A stretch of DNA of 64,000 nucleotides, taken from positions 506-64,505 of the forward strand of contig JAGGZK010000042.1 in assembly GCA_021162065.1 (NCBI GenBank), in the 5' to 3' direction. Position numbers and translations under genes: made by a program. Positions 18,588-29,756 of this stretch are shown one piece after another. Each line of letters begins with the position of its first letter. Positions within the stretch are counted from its first letter, which is position 1. The stretch comes from Thermoplasmata archaeon. GTDB lineage: Archaea > Thermoplasmatota > E2 > UBA202 > JdFR-43. The notes beneath the pieces were generated by a model. That model was not told the DNA's origin. It made no database searches and saw nothing but the letters and a program-made list of their open reading frames with translations.

Positions 18588-19303
18588 GCTGGGAAGCAGA
18601 AGTGGAAAAACTTTTGAGCATTACGGAAGGGGAGGTTTTTGAGAAGGCCACACTCAAGGCATTGTGGAAACTCATGAACTCCGGCGTCATAGAAAGATTT
18701 GAATTTCCCATATCAACGGGTAAGGAAGGGAATGTTTTCAGGGCGAGAGGCAACCATGGCATGGTGGCCGTGAAGATATACAGAATAAATACCGCCACCT
18801 TCCGCAGCATCTCCAAATATCTCATGTACGAGCCGCCCCAGAAGGTGAAGAGGGACAGGAGAAGCATAATCTTCGCATGGGCTCTGAAGGAATTCAACAA
18901 TCTAAGGAAACTCGACAGGGCGGGTGTCAGGGTGCCAAAGCCCATTGCAAGGGAGGGAAATATCATAGTGATGGAGTACATAGGCACGGAGGAGCAGCCG
19001 GCTCCGCTGCTGAAGGATGCGGCCATCGAGAATTATGAGGAAGTTTTTTCAAGATTGAGGGAATACATGAGAATAATGTATCAGGAGGCAGGGCTTGTTC
19101 ATGCGGATTTTTCGGAGTACAATGTTCTTGTCAATGGGGATGACGTGGTGATAATAGATGTGGGGCAGACGGTGAGCAGGGACAATCCGGTTGCCATGGA
19201 ATTTCTGATGAGGGACGTGAGAAACATCGCAAACTTTTTCAGAAAGGTTGTAAATGTGGATGAGGAGGAATTGCTGAAATATGTGGTGGGTGATTCGGAA
19301 TGA
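18584..19303 (+). CDS. rio1: RIO-type serine/threonine protein kinase (Rio1-like)
   Basis: VAVKIYR lysine motif, LVHADFSEYNVL catalytic loop, IIDVGQ metal-binding loop. No N-terminal wHTH, so it is Rio1-like rather than Rio2. 4-bp overlap with aIF1A. Confidence 0.85.
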   Translation: MSWEAEVEKLLSITEGEVFEKATLKALWKLMNSGVIERFEFPISTGKEGNVFRARGNHGMVAVKIYRINTATFRSISKYLMYEPPQKVKRDRRSIIFAWALKEFNNLRKLDRAGVRVPKPIAREGNIIVMEYIGTEEQPAPLLKDAAIENYEEVFSRLREYMRIMYQEAGLVHADFSEYNVLVNGDDVVIIDVGQTVSRDNPVAMEFLMRDVRNIANFFRKVVNVDEEELLKYVVGDSE

Positions 19304-19836
19304 GATATATCAAGATACCCAGGGATAGGGTTGCGGTTCTCATAGGCAAGAATGGAGAGGTAAGGAAAAAAATAGAGGAGCAGGGGGTGAAACTGGAGAT
19401 AGACTCCTCCACCGGCGATGTGAAGATAATGGCCGACGATGGCCTGAAAGAAATGCTGGCGGAGAATGTGGTGAGGGCTATAGGAAGGGGATTTTCCCCG
19501 GAGAAGGCCATGCTTCTCTTCCGCGACGATTATTATTTCGAACTCATGGACATAAGGGACTGGGCGGGGAAGAGGATCAATCATGTGAAGCGACTTGCGG
19601 GGAGAATAATAGGGAAGGAGGGAAAGGCAAGAAGATACATTGAGGAGATAACGGGCGCCCATATATCCGTGTATGGCCATACGGTTGCCATAATAGGAAG
19701 GATAGGGGAGATGGAGATGGCGAAGAGGGCAATAGAGATGCTTCTTGAGGGGGCGAGCCATCAGACGGTTTACCGCTTCATTGAAAAGGAGAAGAGGAGA
19801 AGGAAGCTGGAGGAGTTCGGCATCTACAGAAGATGA
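19300..19836 (+). CDS. KH-domain RNA-binding protein (Dim2/Pno1-like, two KH domains)
   Basis: VLIGKNGEVRKKIEE and IIGKEGKARRYIEEITGA GxxG KH motifs. It sits in the conserved aIF1A-Rio1-KH arrangement. Confidence 0.75.
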   Translation: MRYIKIPRDRVAVLIGKNGEVRKKIEEQGVKLEIDSSTGDVKIMADDGLKEMLAENVVRAIGRGFSPEKAMLLFRDDYYFELMDIRDWAGKRINHVKRLAGRIIGKEGKARRYIEEITGAHISVYGHTVAIIGRIGEMEMAKRAIEMLLEGASHQTVYRFIEKEKRRRKLEEFGIYRR

Positions 19837-19884
19837 GGCACGGCGGGTAGAAAATAATTTATTTTCATCTCCCTTTTCATAACC

Positions 19885-21099
19885 ATGAAGATGCATTCTC
19901 TTGCTCCATTCATACTGATTCTGTTTTTGATAACTGCAGCGGGAAATATCTGGCAGCCCCATGATTTTTCCGGATTGGAAAAGAGTGGTGGCAATTTTGG
20001 CATTCAGTGGCAGCAGAGCTATGGCCGCCTGCCCTGGTGGAGCGCCCGGTATGAAGGACCACAGCCTGTGGGCGATTGCGACAATGATGGCAAAAATGAG
20101 TTGCTTATTGGTGGAAGAGATCCTTTCCTCAGAGTGATGAAGTATGATGAAGGCAGGGGCTATTACGAGCAGGTGAGGATAGTTGACCCTGTCTGGGGTC
20201 TTGGCTACAATTTCATGGGAATCCCCGAGCCCTTCGGTTCAGCCACCGGCTTCAGCATTGCGGATATTGATAATGATGGTAAAAATGAGATTGGGGTTGC
20301 GTGGGGGCGCCACTTTTCCGCCTTCAAGTGGGATGGGAAGGAATACAGAAAGATGGGGATGTATGCTATTGTAACTGAAGGATGGGGAACGACGCTGGAC
20401 TGCATCGTTGGCGATTGCGATAACGATGGCAAAAATGAGGTGGTGGTTACAGGTGGCTATTCCGACAGCATTGCCGAGGTCATAGTGCTTGAGTGGGATG
20501 GAGAAAAGTTTGTTAAGGAATCGGAATGGAATTATCCCGGCAATTACTGGGTGTATTTTCCCTGGATAGCAGATGTGGATGAGGATGGAAAAAATGAGTT
20601 GCTGGTGAATACCGATGCCACCATAGCGCTGAACTGGGAAAATGATGAATGGAAGGAGGGAGTAATAGCATATCACAATCAATCATATCCCTTCGCGTGT
20701 GTGGCGAAGGACAGTGATGGAGATGGAAAGCCGGAAATTCATGTCACCTTCTATGCCCCCATGCTGAAGATTTATGAGTATGAGAATGGTTCATATATTG
20801 AGAAGGCCAGTTTTTACTGGGAGGGGGAAGAAGGAACCATAGAGGCCATCGATGTGGGCAATGTTGACAACGATGCCATGCCTGAGATTGCGGTGGGAAC
20901 CAACTATGTTCATGTGCTTCAGTGGAATGGTGAGGAATATGAGGAAGAGTATCTCATAAATTCCACCCATGGGCTGCTTGCCGTAACATGCATTGGCGAT
21001 TTTGACAATGATGGCATGAATGAAATAAATGCCGCCTCCGTTGGCGAGCCGCTGGGCGGGAAATATGAGGCATGGATTCTGAAATACGGATATGAATGA
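19885..21099 (+). CDS. Secreted FG-GAP / integrin-alpha-like seven-bladed beta-propeller protein with Ca-binding DxDxDG loops
   Basis: Signal peptide. Seven repeats of D(C/I/V)DNDGKNE (DCDNDGKNE, DIDNDGKNE, DCDNDGKNE, DVDEDGKNE, DSDGDGKPE, NVDNDAMPE, DFDNDGMNE) at about 50-aa intervals. Confidence 0.6.
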   Translation: MKMHSLAPFILILFLITAAGNIWQPHDFSGLEKSGGNFGIQWQQSYGRLPWWSARYEGPQPVGDCDNDGKNELLIGGRDPFLRVMKYDEGRGYYEQVRIVDPVWGLGYNFMGIPEPFGSATGFSIADIDNDGKNEIGVAWGRHFSAFKWDGKEYRKMGMYAIVTEGWGTTLDCIVGDCDNDGKNEVVVTGGYSDSIAEVIVLEWDGEKFVKESEWNYPGNYWVYFPWIADVDEDGKNELLVNTDATIALNWENDEWKEGVIAYHNQSYPFACVAKDSDGDGKPEIHVTFYAPMLKIYEYENGSYIEKASFYWEGEEGTIEAIDVGNVDNDAMPEIAVGTNYVHVLQWNGEEYEEEYLINSTHGLLAVTCIGDFDNDGMNEINAASVGEPLGGKYEAWILKYGYE

Positions 21100-21103
21100 T
21101 TTA

Positions 21104-22102
21104 TCAATTCCACTCCAGCCAAGTTGCCGTTGAGTTTACTTCCAGTCGGGCGTTGCTTTCATAGTGGCTGTTGTAAGTCCAGTTTAGGTATTGTGACGCG
21201 CCACCTCCAGTCATCAGAGCAAAAAAGCGGTTGGAATGGAAGCCAAAGGCGTAATGGTGGAGAATCCACTCATCAAAGGTCATGTCCACCGGCACCCATC
21301 CATAGTTGGGAAGATAAATCAGCACCATTCTATGGAAAATGTCATCCGGATATGGCGGTTTCTCCGCCAGATATGTGCCACCCTTGTATTTTGCCGGAAT
21401 GCCTGCGGCCCTGCATAACGAAATGTAGGCGAAGCAGTATTCCGAGCATGAGCCATTCCCTCTTTTGAGCACCGTGGGGGCATCATCCCACCTGTCATCT
21501 ATGGCATAGTCCAGCGTTTTTATCACGTAGTCATGAAGTTTTATTGCCTTGATGAGGATATTATTTACACCTGTCGTGATATTCTCCACTATTCCCTGAA
21601 TGAAAGGATCATTTATTTTGTACATTTCCCCGTCGCATGTATAATTCTCCTTTATGGGGGAAGGAATATCGTTGTTCACAAGGAAAGGAAGAAGGATATA
21701 TCTTATGTTGTATATCTTTGCCTTTACCTCCCATGAAATTTCCCTTTTTTCTCCCGGCGGGAGAATGAAATGGTAACATGCAACCTCCTGCCCGTATTTA
21801 TCCTGGAGTATTTCATCAGGCTCTGGAATAAATTCAATGTCCATTATCTCCTGGTTTGGAAGGGATGGAGGAATGGCGAAATATGCGGTTATGTTTGCCG
21901 TCATGCTATCATTATTCCTGACCACATCTCTGTACTGGATGACAACATCCTTGCCTCCCCATCTCCAGAAGAGAAAGGGAGGAATGGATGCTTTGCTTGC
22001 TGCTCTTTCTTCCCTTTTCTCCTTATTTTTGAGTATAAATCCATTTGTTGTGGCGCACATTAGAAGAACCACAATAAGGATTGCCAACACTCCCCTTTTC
22101 AT
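21104..22102 (-). CDS. Secreted transglutaminase-like (papain-fold) domain protein
   Basis: Signal peptide MKRGVLAILIVVLLMCATTNG. GSCSEYCFAYISLCRAAGIPAKY is a Cys-containing transglutaminase-core-like motif, followed by His and Asp. Confidence 0.55.
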   Translation of the reverse strand: MKRGVLAILIVVLLMCATTNGFILKNKEKREERAASKASIPPFLFWRWGGKDVVIQYRDVVRNNDSMTANITAYFAIPPSLPNQEIMDIEFIPEPDEILQDKYGQEVACYHFILPPGEKREISWEVKAKIYNIRYILLPFLVNNDIPSPIKENYTCDGEMYKINDPFIQGIVENITTGVNNILIKAIKLHDYVIKTLDYAIDDRWDDAPTVLKRGNGSCSEYCFAYISLCRAAGIPAKYKGGTYLAEKPPYPDDIFHRMVLIYLPNYGWVPVDMTFDEWILHHYAFGFHSNRFFALMTGGGASQYLNWTYNSHYESNARLEVNSTATWLEWN

Positions 22103-22280
22103 GTTTGTTTAATGGCGGAGGAAATAAAAAAGTTTTTATACCCGGATTTTTCCACACGAAATGGGCTATGCCATAAACTCAAAATGAAAAAAGTTAAAAA
22201 ATGATGTATAATTCTTATCTTAGAAATGGGTTTTAATCCGCCAAAAATCAGAAAACTTTTTAAACCCTTTCTGTATTACA

Positions 22281-22356
22281 ATTGTCGGACAATGACGGAC
22301 ATTGTTGGACAAAAGGGTCCGAAAGGACGCCAATATGTCCGCCGTGTGTCCGTAGG
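22281..22356 (+). promoter_or_regulatory. Phased operator-like array of YGGACA / TGTCCG half-sites upstream of the RHH (CdrS-like)-ftsZ pair
   Basis: Three direct CGGACA, CGGACA, TGGACA at 10-bp spacing. Then a central GGTCCgaaaGGAC palindrome. Then two TGTCCG (reverse complement of CGGACA) at 11-bp spacing. The array lies between a TATA-like TTTTTAAAC (22256-22264) and the ATG at 22366. Confidence 0.45.
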
Positions 22357-22365
22357 TGAATAAAA

Positions 22366-22593
22366 ATGGAAACGGAGAAAGTGACCGTAAGACTGCCAGT
22401 GCATCTCGTTCATGCCATAGATACCTTTATAAATATGGGGGAATTCGCCTCCCGCTCGGAGGCAATCAGAAGGGCATTGAATAAGTTTGTAAAGGAACTC
22501 ATGCAGGATTTCCAGGAAAAGACAGAGATGTGGATGAAACTTCAGGAACTTCAGGCATTTACCGAGGAGATAGAAAAGTTGAGGAAAAAGTAG
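22366..22593 (+). CDS. cdrS: Ribbon-helix-helix (CopG/CdrS-like) transcriptional regulator immediately upstream of ftsZ
   Basis: [34 protein letters not shown] is a beta-strand plus two-helix RHH fold. 75 aa. The gene order RHH-ftsZ2 matches the conserved cdrS-ftsZ2 pair of Euryarchaeota. Confidence 0.6.
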   Translation: METEKVTVRLPVHLVHAIDTFINMGEFASRSEAIRRALNKFVKELMQDFQEKTEMWMKLQELQAFTEEIEKLRKK

Positions 22594-22645
22594 CGGTATA
22601 TGGGAGGGGATGGGATGCCGCTGCTACCAGCCAAGGGAGGATAAG

Positions 22646-23716
22646 ATGAAAAGTATAATTGAAAACGCGATGAAATATGGGAGCGAGAGGCAAGTTGACA
22701 TAAAGGATTTTGGTGTAGCCAAGATTCTGGTGGTCGGAGTAGGAGGTGCCGGAGGAAATACTGTAACCAGGCTGCATGAGATAGGCATCAACGGAGCGGA
22801 GACAATAGTCATAAACACCGATAAGCAGGCACTGGACCTGGCGAAGGCGAACAAAAAACTTCTGATAGGCAAGGCAATAACCAGGGGCTTAGGAGCGGGA
22901 GGATACCCGGATGTTGCGAAGAGATGTGCCGAGGAGTCCAGAGACGAAATCGAGGAAATAATAGGGGAGCCGGACCTTGTCTTCATAACGGCAGGAATGG
23001 GTGGAGGCACAGGCACAGGAGCATCTCCGATGGTGGCAAAGATAGCAAAGAGACAGGGGGCAATAGTTGTTGGCATGGTTTCCATACCATTCAGGGTGGA
23101 GAGAGGAAGGATGCTGAGGGCGGAGCAGGGACTTGAATCATTGAGGAAGGAATGCGATTCCGTCGTTATCCTGGATAACAACAAACTGCTGGATTTTGTT
23201 CCCCATTTGCCCATAGATAAGGCATTCTCTGTGATGGACCAGCTCATAGCAGAGACGGTTAAGGGTATTTCGGAAACCATAGTGGAGCCATCGCTTATCA
23301 ATTTGGATTACGCCGACGTGAAAACCATAGTTTCCGGAGGAGATGTGGCGGCAATGCTCTGGGGTGAAGGAACAACGAGAGATGGGCCTGAGGCAATAGC
23401 ACACGAGGCCATGCATCATCCACTGCTGGAGGTGGATTTCAAGGGAGCCAAGGGATGCCTTATTCACATAACCGGTGGACCGGACATGTCCTTGGAGTTT
23501 GCGGAGAAGGTTGCGGAGTACATGACCCAGGAGTTGGATCCATACGCCAATGTGATAATGGGTGCAAGGGTGAATAATGACTACAACGGAAAGTGCAGGA
23601 TAATGGCCATAATGACAGGTGTTTCCTCGCCATACATACTCTCCCCCAAGGATCAGCCGGTTGTTCTGCCCCGCTGGGAGAACGGTCAGAAAAATGGAAT
23701 AGACATAATCGGCTAA
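22646..23716 (+). CDS. ftsZ: Cell division GTPase FtsZ
   Basis: [10 protein letters not shown] tubulin signature, [13 protein letters not shown]4 loop, NTD and C-terminal domain. Start at the second Met (the track ORF starts at 22610). Confidence 0.95.
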   Translation: MKSIIENAMKYGSERQVDIKDFGVAKILVVGVGGAGGNTVTRLHEIGINGAETIVINTDKQALDLAKANKKLLIGKAITRGLGAGGYPDVAKRCAEESRDEIEEIIGEPDLVFITAGMGGGTGTGASPMVAKIAKRQGAIVVGMVSIPFRVERGRMLRAEQGLESLRKECDSVVILDNNKLLDFVPHLPIDKAFSVMDQLIAETVKGISETIVEPSLINLDYADVKTIVSGGDVAAMLWGEGTTRDGPEAIAHEAMHHPLLEVDFKGAKGCLIHITGGPDMSLEFAEKVAEYMTQELDPYANVIMGARVNNDYNGKCRIMAIMTGVSSPYILSPKDQPVVLPRWENGQKNGIDIIG

Positions 23717-23727
23717 ATCTTTTCCCC

Positions 23728-24945
23728 CTATATCTTTATTTTTTCTCCATTTTTTGGCATGTAGACGTTGGCATCCACATCATCTGCAAGTGCCTCTGGA
23801 TTTTCGGAATGCACTATGACAACATTTTCCGGGGAGCATTTATTTATAAATTTCACAAGTTCGCTGTGGCCCGCATGGGCGGAAAAATCATAAAACTTTA
23901 CCTGGCAGTTTACTCTGGTTTTCACTCCATACAGGTTTATCTCCCCATTTTCCAGAAGCATCCTGCCGTTGGTTCCCTCCACCTGATAGCCCGTTATTAT
24001 GACAGCAGATTTGGGGTCATCCTTTATCTTATCTATGTACCATAACACAGGCCCTCCATTCAGCATCCCGCTGGTGGTGAGCACTATCCCGGATTTGAGG
24101 GCGAGTTTTTTGCCATGATCGGAGTAAACGAGGTTTGCGTTGTCCATGGCCTTTTTCAGCTCTGCAGGCGAGCGAAGGTATCCTCCATGTTTGAGCAGGA
24201 TATCGGATATCTTCCTGCCCATTCCTTCCAGCCAGAACTCATGGCCCGCTCCATTGAGAACCATGGCCAGTTCCTGCGTTCTCCCCACGGCAAAGGCGGG
24301 TATTATCACCTTCCCTCCTCTATTAACTATGTCCTCCACCTCGTCCAGAAATTCCCTCTCCAGCTGGGGGCGGGGAGGATGCTCCACGCCAGCATATGTT
24401 CCCTCTATGAAAAGCGTCTCGCATCTCACCGGCTCCGCTCCTCTGAGGAGATGGCTGTCAACCGTATTTATGTCAAAGGCGTAAAGGATGGAGAAATCTA
24501 CAAGTTCCACCATGGCCGAGCCGGGTATATGGCCCGCTGAATGAAACCTCACCCTTATTCCGTCTATTTCCCTCTCATCCCCTATCTCCATCCTCCTGAA
24601 TTTATCGGAAGAGATTTCCACCTCATTCAGGCCATAGGGATATGGATGCCCCTTGGAATCGGCTATTTTTACGGCATCTCTGAAAAGAATATCGGATATC
24701 TCTCTCGTTATGTCGGTGGAAAAAATTCTTGTGCCATATCTGCTGCACAGCCAGGGAACCATGCCCGAATGGTCAAGATGGGCATGGGTTATTATGGCGT
24801 TCTTTACGGGAGGAGATTCCATGGGGTAAAGAGGTGGCTCCTCAGGCATTATACCATAGTCAATGAGAAGTTTTTTGCCCTCAATTTCATTAAAAACGCC
24901 CAATCTGCCGACTTCCCTGCCTCCGCCGAGTATTGTTGCTTCCAT
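23728..24945 (-). CDS. Metallo-beta-lactamase / beta-CASP family ribonuclease (aCPSF2 / RNase J-like)
   Basis: HAHLDHSG motif 2, downstream His/Asp beta-CASP motifs (HSAGH, SAHAGH). 405 aa. Confidence 0.7.
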   Translation of the reverse strand: MEATILGGGREVGRLGVFNEIEGKKLLIDYGIMPEEPPLYPMESPPVKNAIITHAHLDHSGMVPWLCSRYGTRIFSTDITREISDILFRDAVKIADSKGHPYPYGLNEVEISSDKFRRMEIGDEREIDGIRVRFHSAGHIPGSAMVELVDFSILYAFDINTVDSHLLRGAEPVRCETLFIEGTYAGVEHPPRPQLEREFLDEVEDIVNRGGKVIIPAFAVGRTQELAMVLNGAGHEFWLEGMGRKISDILLKHGGYLRSPAELKKAMDNANLVYSDHGKKLALKSGIVLTTSGMLNGGPVLWYIDKIKDDPKSAVIITGYQVEGTNGRMLLENGEINLYGVKTRVNCQVKFYDFSAHAGHSELVKFINKCSPENVVIVHSENPEALADDVDANVYMPKNGEKIKI

Positions 24946-24991
24946 TGTTGCTCAACCTTTGCTGATTTTTAGTTATAATATTTCCCTATTT

Positions 24992-25507
24992 TTAATTTTC
25001 TGTGAGGCGCTCTATTTTCATCCCCCTGTATTCGAGGCGATGGGAGCGCTTCACTATGCATCTCATCTGGACCGGCGAGAAGTTAAATTCCTTCTCCACC
25101 TCCCTGCTCAACTCGCCATTATCGCCCACATACTGATATATCTTCTCCTCCACCTCATTAAATTCCTTCTCGTCCATCAGTATTATGGAAAAAACATCCC
25201 TTATCATGTCAATGGAGGTCATCACATGGATGTGGAAGGAAGAGTAGAACGCATGATACTCCTTCTTTGCCTTGCCGTTTTCGGACATTGTCCATCTGGA
25301 GTCAACCATTCTTATCTTTTCAAAGAACTTGAGTGCCTTCACCCCCTCTTCCCCATATCTCTCCTCTATTTCCTCCAGCGTCACCCAGTCGGTGGAGACA
25401 TCGTTGAACACATTTATTTTAACATCATTATCGAATGCTCTTGAAAGCCATGAAAGGTCGGTCACATCATTAATAAGCTTTGCCTGCATCATGAATATAT
25501 AATGCAC
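24992..25507 (-). CDS. Hypothetical protein
   Basis: 171 aa, acidic and Lys-rich. No motif I can assign. Confidence 0.4.
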   Translation of the reverse strand: MHYIFMMQAKLINDVTDLSWLSRAFDNDVKINVFNDVSTDWVTLEEIEERYGEEGVKALKFFEKIRMVDSRWTMSENGKAKKEYHAFYSSFHIHVMTSIDMIRDVFSIILMDEKEFNEVEEKIYQYVGDNGELSREVEKEFNFSPVQMRCIVKRSHRLEYRGMKIERLTEN

Positions 25508-25522
25508 AATCTGCTTAAATTT

Positions 25523-26359
25523 CTATGCCTTCTGGGCTATCGCCACCCCAAGAACAGCCATCAGCCCCGCCAGCAGGGCGATCATCCTTGCCTTCTCATC
25601 CAGAAAGATGCTGGAGGATGCGAGGGCGAAGAGAGGGATAAGGTAGGTGAAGAAGGAGAGGCGAGATATTTCCATCCTCTCCATGGCCTTATACCACATT
25701 ATGTAGGCGACGAAGGTGGTGAAGAAGGAAAGGAAAAGCAGGTATTTCATTCCCTCCATTTCAAAACGAATATTCTCCATAAAAATCATGGGTGCGAGAA
25801 AGAATGTGCCCATTATGGAAGATAGGGAAATAACATGCAATGCTTTATTTCCATCATTGAGTAAACTCTTTGCCACTATCCCTCCGATGGAATAGGAGAT
25901 GGCCGAGAGAAGGACAAGTAGATTCCCTTTCATATCTCCCCCGCTTTCCGGACTGATGAGAATGTAAACCCCCATTATGGCGATTATTATGCCGACTATC
26001 TTGTAAATGTTAATTTTTTCTCGCAGGAAGATATACGCCAGAATAACCGTATATATCGGGCCTGTACTCTGAATAAAACCGGTTATATGGGCTGATGTGC
26101 TCTGCAGCCCGAAATTCTGCAGAATGGTCGGCAGGGTTACACCGGTTAAACCGAGAAGGGCAATCCTTTTTATGCCAATTCCTCTGAAGTTGCTCAGGGG
26201 AAGGGAAACCATGAGAAAGAGAATGCTGGCTATCAGATATCTCACAAAGGCGAAGGTTATGGGGGAAAAATAATCCAGCCCCATTTTGGTTATGGGAAAG
26301 GAGACTCCCCATATGGCCGCAGAGAGTGTTGCATATACCGCAAACTGATATCTTTCCAC
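25523..26359 (-). CDS. EamA / drug-metabolite transporter (DMT) family permease
   Basis: Ten TM segments in two EamA halves. WGVSFPITKMG N-terminal motif. Confidence 0.8.
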   Translation of the reverse strand: MERYQFAVYATLSAAIWGVSFPITKMGLDYFSPITFAFVRYLIASILFLMVSLPLSNFRGIGIKRIALLGLTGVTLPTILQNFGLQSTSAHITGFIQSTGPIYTVILAYIFLREKINIYKIVGIIIAIMGVYILISPESGGDMKGNLLVLLSAISYSIGGIVAKSLLNDGNKALHVISLSSIMGTFFLAPMIFMENIRFEMEGMKYLLFLSFFTTFVAYIMWYKAMERMEISRLSFFTYLIPLFALASSSIFLDEKARMIALLAGLMAVLGVAIAQKA

Positions 26360-26561
26360 AATGTGTATGCCTTAGGGGATTAAAATGTATCTCTCTGCCA
26401 ACACTGCATCGTCTCACCGAAAAATTTATAAACCATTTTACCCCCTCCCCTGCCTTATATATCCCATGGCCGATATATTATCAAGTAAAACGCCTGTATA
26501 TAAAGCGCCCTGATGTGGGCACAGGCTCTGCATCCCCTCCTCTTTTCTGTTTTTATTCCCT

Positions 26562-27973
<1,412 letters not shown>

Positions 27974-28026
27974 TTACCCTTGGATGCTGGAAATTCATTC
28001 ATCTTTAAGGAGGAAATGGGGCAATT

Positions 28027-28040
28027 AAATATATATATTT
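28027..28040 (+). promoter_or_regulatory. Putative TATA box (AAATATATATATTT) and downstream AGGAGG Shine-Dalgarno (28057-28062) for the EF-1alpha gene
   Basis: AT-rich TATA-like element about 30 bp upstream of the likely transcription start. A strong SD lies 7 nt before the ATG at 28069. Confidence 0.35.
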
Positions 28041-28068
28041 GAACGTATTTACTTGCAGGAGGATTAAA

Positions 28069-29355
28069 ATGGCAGCGGAAAAACCCCACTTAAATCTGGT
28101 AATAATAGGGCATGTCGACCACGGCAAATCAACGCTGGTGGGCAGATTACTGTTGGACACGGGCCAGATAGAGGAGCATATCATAAAGAAGTACGAGGAA
28201 GAGGCAAGAGCAAAGGGCAAGGAAAGCTTCGCACTGGCATGGGTCATGGACAGATTGAAGGAAGAAAGGGAGAGGGGCGTGACGATAGATGTGGCTCATC
28301 GCCGCTTCGACACCGACAAGTACTACTTCACCATCATCGATGCCCCCGGCCACCGTGACTTCGTGAAGAACATGATTACAGGAACCAGCCAGGCGGATGC
28401 AGCCGTGCTGGTGATAGCAGCTCCAGAAGGCGTGATGGCCCAGACAAAGGAGCATGCTTGGCTTGCGAGAACGCTCGGCGTCAACCAGCTCATAGTGGCC
28501 ATAAACAAGATGGACGCCACCAAGCCGCCATATGATCAGAAGAGATATGAGGCGGTGAAGGAGGAGGCGGAGAAACTGCTGAAGGGTATCGGCTACAAGG
28601 ATGTGCCTTACATACCAATATCTGCATGGGCTGGAGATAATGTGCTGGAGAAGAAGAACCTGAGCTGGTATGATGGACCGACACTCCTTGAGGCACTCAA
28701 CAATTTGAAGGTTCCACCAAAGCCCACTGACAAGCCGCTGAGATGGCCCATTCAGGATGTGTATTCCATTACAGGTGTGGGCACTGTGCCTGTGGGCAGA
28801 ATTGAGACAGGAGTAATGAAGCCCGGAGACAAGCTCATATTCCTGCCCTCAACACAGCCCAAGGGTGTGATAGGAGAGGTGAAGAGTATCGAGATGCATC
28901 ATGAGCAGATTCCACAGGCGGAGCCCGGAGATAATGTTGGCGTGAACGTCAGAGGAGTCGGCAAGAAGGACATAAGGAGAGGAGATGTTGCCGGGCCTGT
29001 TGACCATCCTCCGACAGTGGCAAAGACCTTCATAGCGAGAATAATGATTCTCAACCATCCATCTGTGGTTACCGTTGGCTATACACCAGTCTTCCATTGC
29101 CACACCGCACAGGTCGCATGCAGGTTTGAGGAGCTGCTGAAGAAATTCGATCCCAGGACTGGAGAAGTGGTGGAGGAGAATCCGCAGTTCCTGAAGACCG
29201 GAGATGCAGCACTGGTGAAGGTAAGGCCGACACGCCCCATGGTGGTGGAGAAGGCCAAGGAGTTCCCGGAGCTTGGAAGATTTGCAATTAGGGATATGGG
29301 CCAGACCGTCGCTGCGGGAGTGGTTGAAGACGTGGAACCAAGGGAGTTGAAGTAA
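28069..29355 (+). CDS. tuf: Translation elongation factor 1-alpha (EF-Tu family)
   Basis: [40 protein letters not shown]. The track ORF starts 10 codons upstream. The conserved N-terminus fixes the start at 28069. Confidence 0.95.
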   Translation: MAAEKPHLNLVIIGHVDHGKSTLVGRLLLDTGQIEEHIIKKYEEEARAKGKESFALAWVMDRLKEERERGVTIDVAHRRFDTDKYYFTIIDAPGHRDFVKNMITGTSQADAAVLVIAAPEGVMAQTKEHAWLARTLGVNQLIVAINKMDATKPPYDQKRYEAVKEEAEKLLKGIGYKDVPYIPISAWAGDNVLEKKNLSWYDGPTLLEALNNLKVPPKPTDKPLRWPIQDVYSITGVGTVPVGRIETGVMKPGDKLIFLPSTQPKGVIGEVKSIEMHHEQIPQAEPGDNVGVNVRGVGKKDIRRGDVAGPVDHPPTVAKTFIARIMILNHPSVVTVGYTPVFHCHTAQVACRFEELLKKFDPRTGEVVEENPQFLKTGDAALVKVRPTRPMVVEKAKEFPELGRFAIRDMGQTVAAGVVEDVEPRELK

Positions 29356-29359
29356 TAAC

Positions 29360-29671
29360 ATGGCGCAGGTAGCAAGAATAACATTAACGGGCACCGATGC
29401 GGGAAAGGTGGACGAGGTCTGCCAGCAGATAAAGAGGATAGCAGAGCGCACCGGCATAAGGATGCGCGGTCCCATACCACTGCCCACAAAAAGGCTTGTG
29501 GTGCCCTGCAGAAAGAGCCCCGATGGAGAGGGCTCGGAAACGTGGGACCGATGGGAGATGCGCATTCACAAGAGGCTGATAGAGATAGATGCACAGGATA
29601 GGGCTCTCCGCCAGTTAATGCGTGTCCAGGTGCCCGACGGAGTGAACATAGAGATAATGCTGAAATCCTGA
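29360..29671 (+). CDS. rps10: 30S ribosomal protein S10 (uS10)
   Basis: [42 protein letters not shown] matches archaeal S10. It follows tuf, as is universal. Confidence 0.92.
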   Translation: MAQVARITLTGTDAGKVDEVCQQIKRIAERTGIRMRGPIPLPTKRLVVPCRKSPDGEGSETWDRWEMRIHKRLIEIDAQDRALRQLMRVQVPDGVNIEIMLKS

Positions 29672-29723
29672 ACCCCTCTTCCCCTTTTAAATTAATTTTT
29701 GAGTTTTATTCATCCTTTACACA

Positions 29724-29735
29724 ATTTTTTATATC
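29724..29735 (+). promoter_or_regulatory. Putative TATA box for tRNA-Ser
   Basis: TTTTTTATATC centred about 27 bp upstream of the tRNA 5' end at 29757. Confidence 0.35.
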
Positions 29736-29756
29736 TTTTCTTTATTCACATTTAAC

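Noticed and set aside
20060-21040. Repeated about 27-bp DNA units (gattgcgacaatgatggcaaaaatgag variants) that might suggest a CRISPR or tandem repeat array
   Set aside because: The units are about 150-350 bp apart, lie inside one ORF and encode the DxDxDGxxE loops of the FG-GAP propeller. These are coding repeats, not a CRISPR array.
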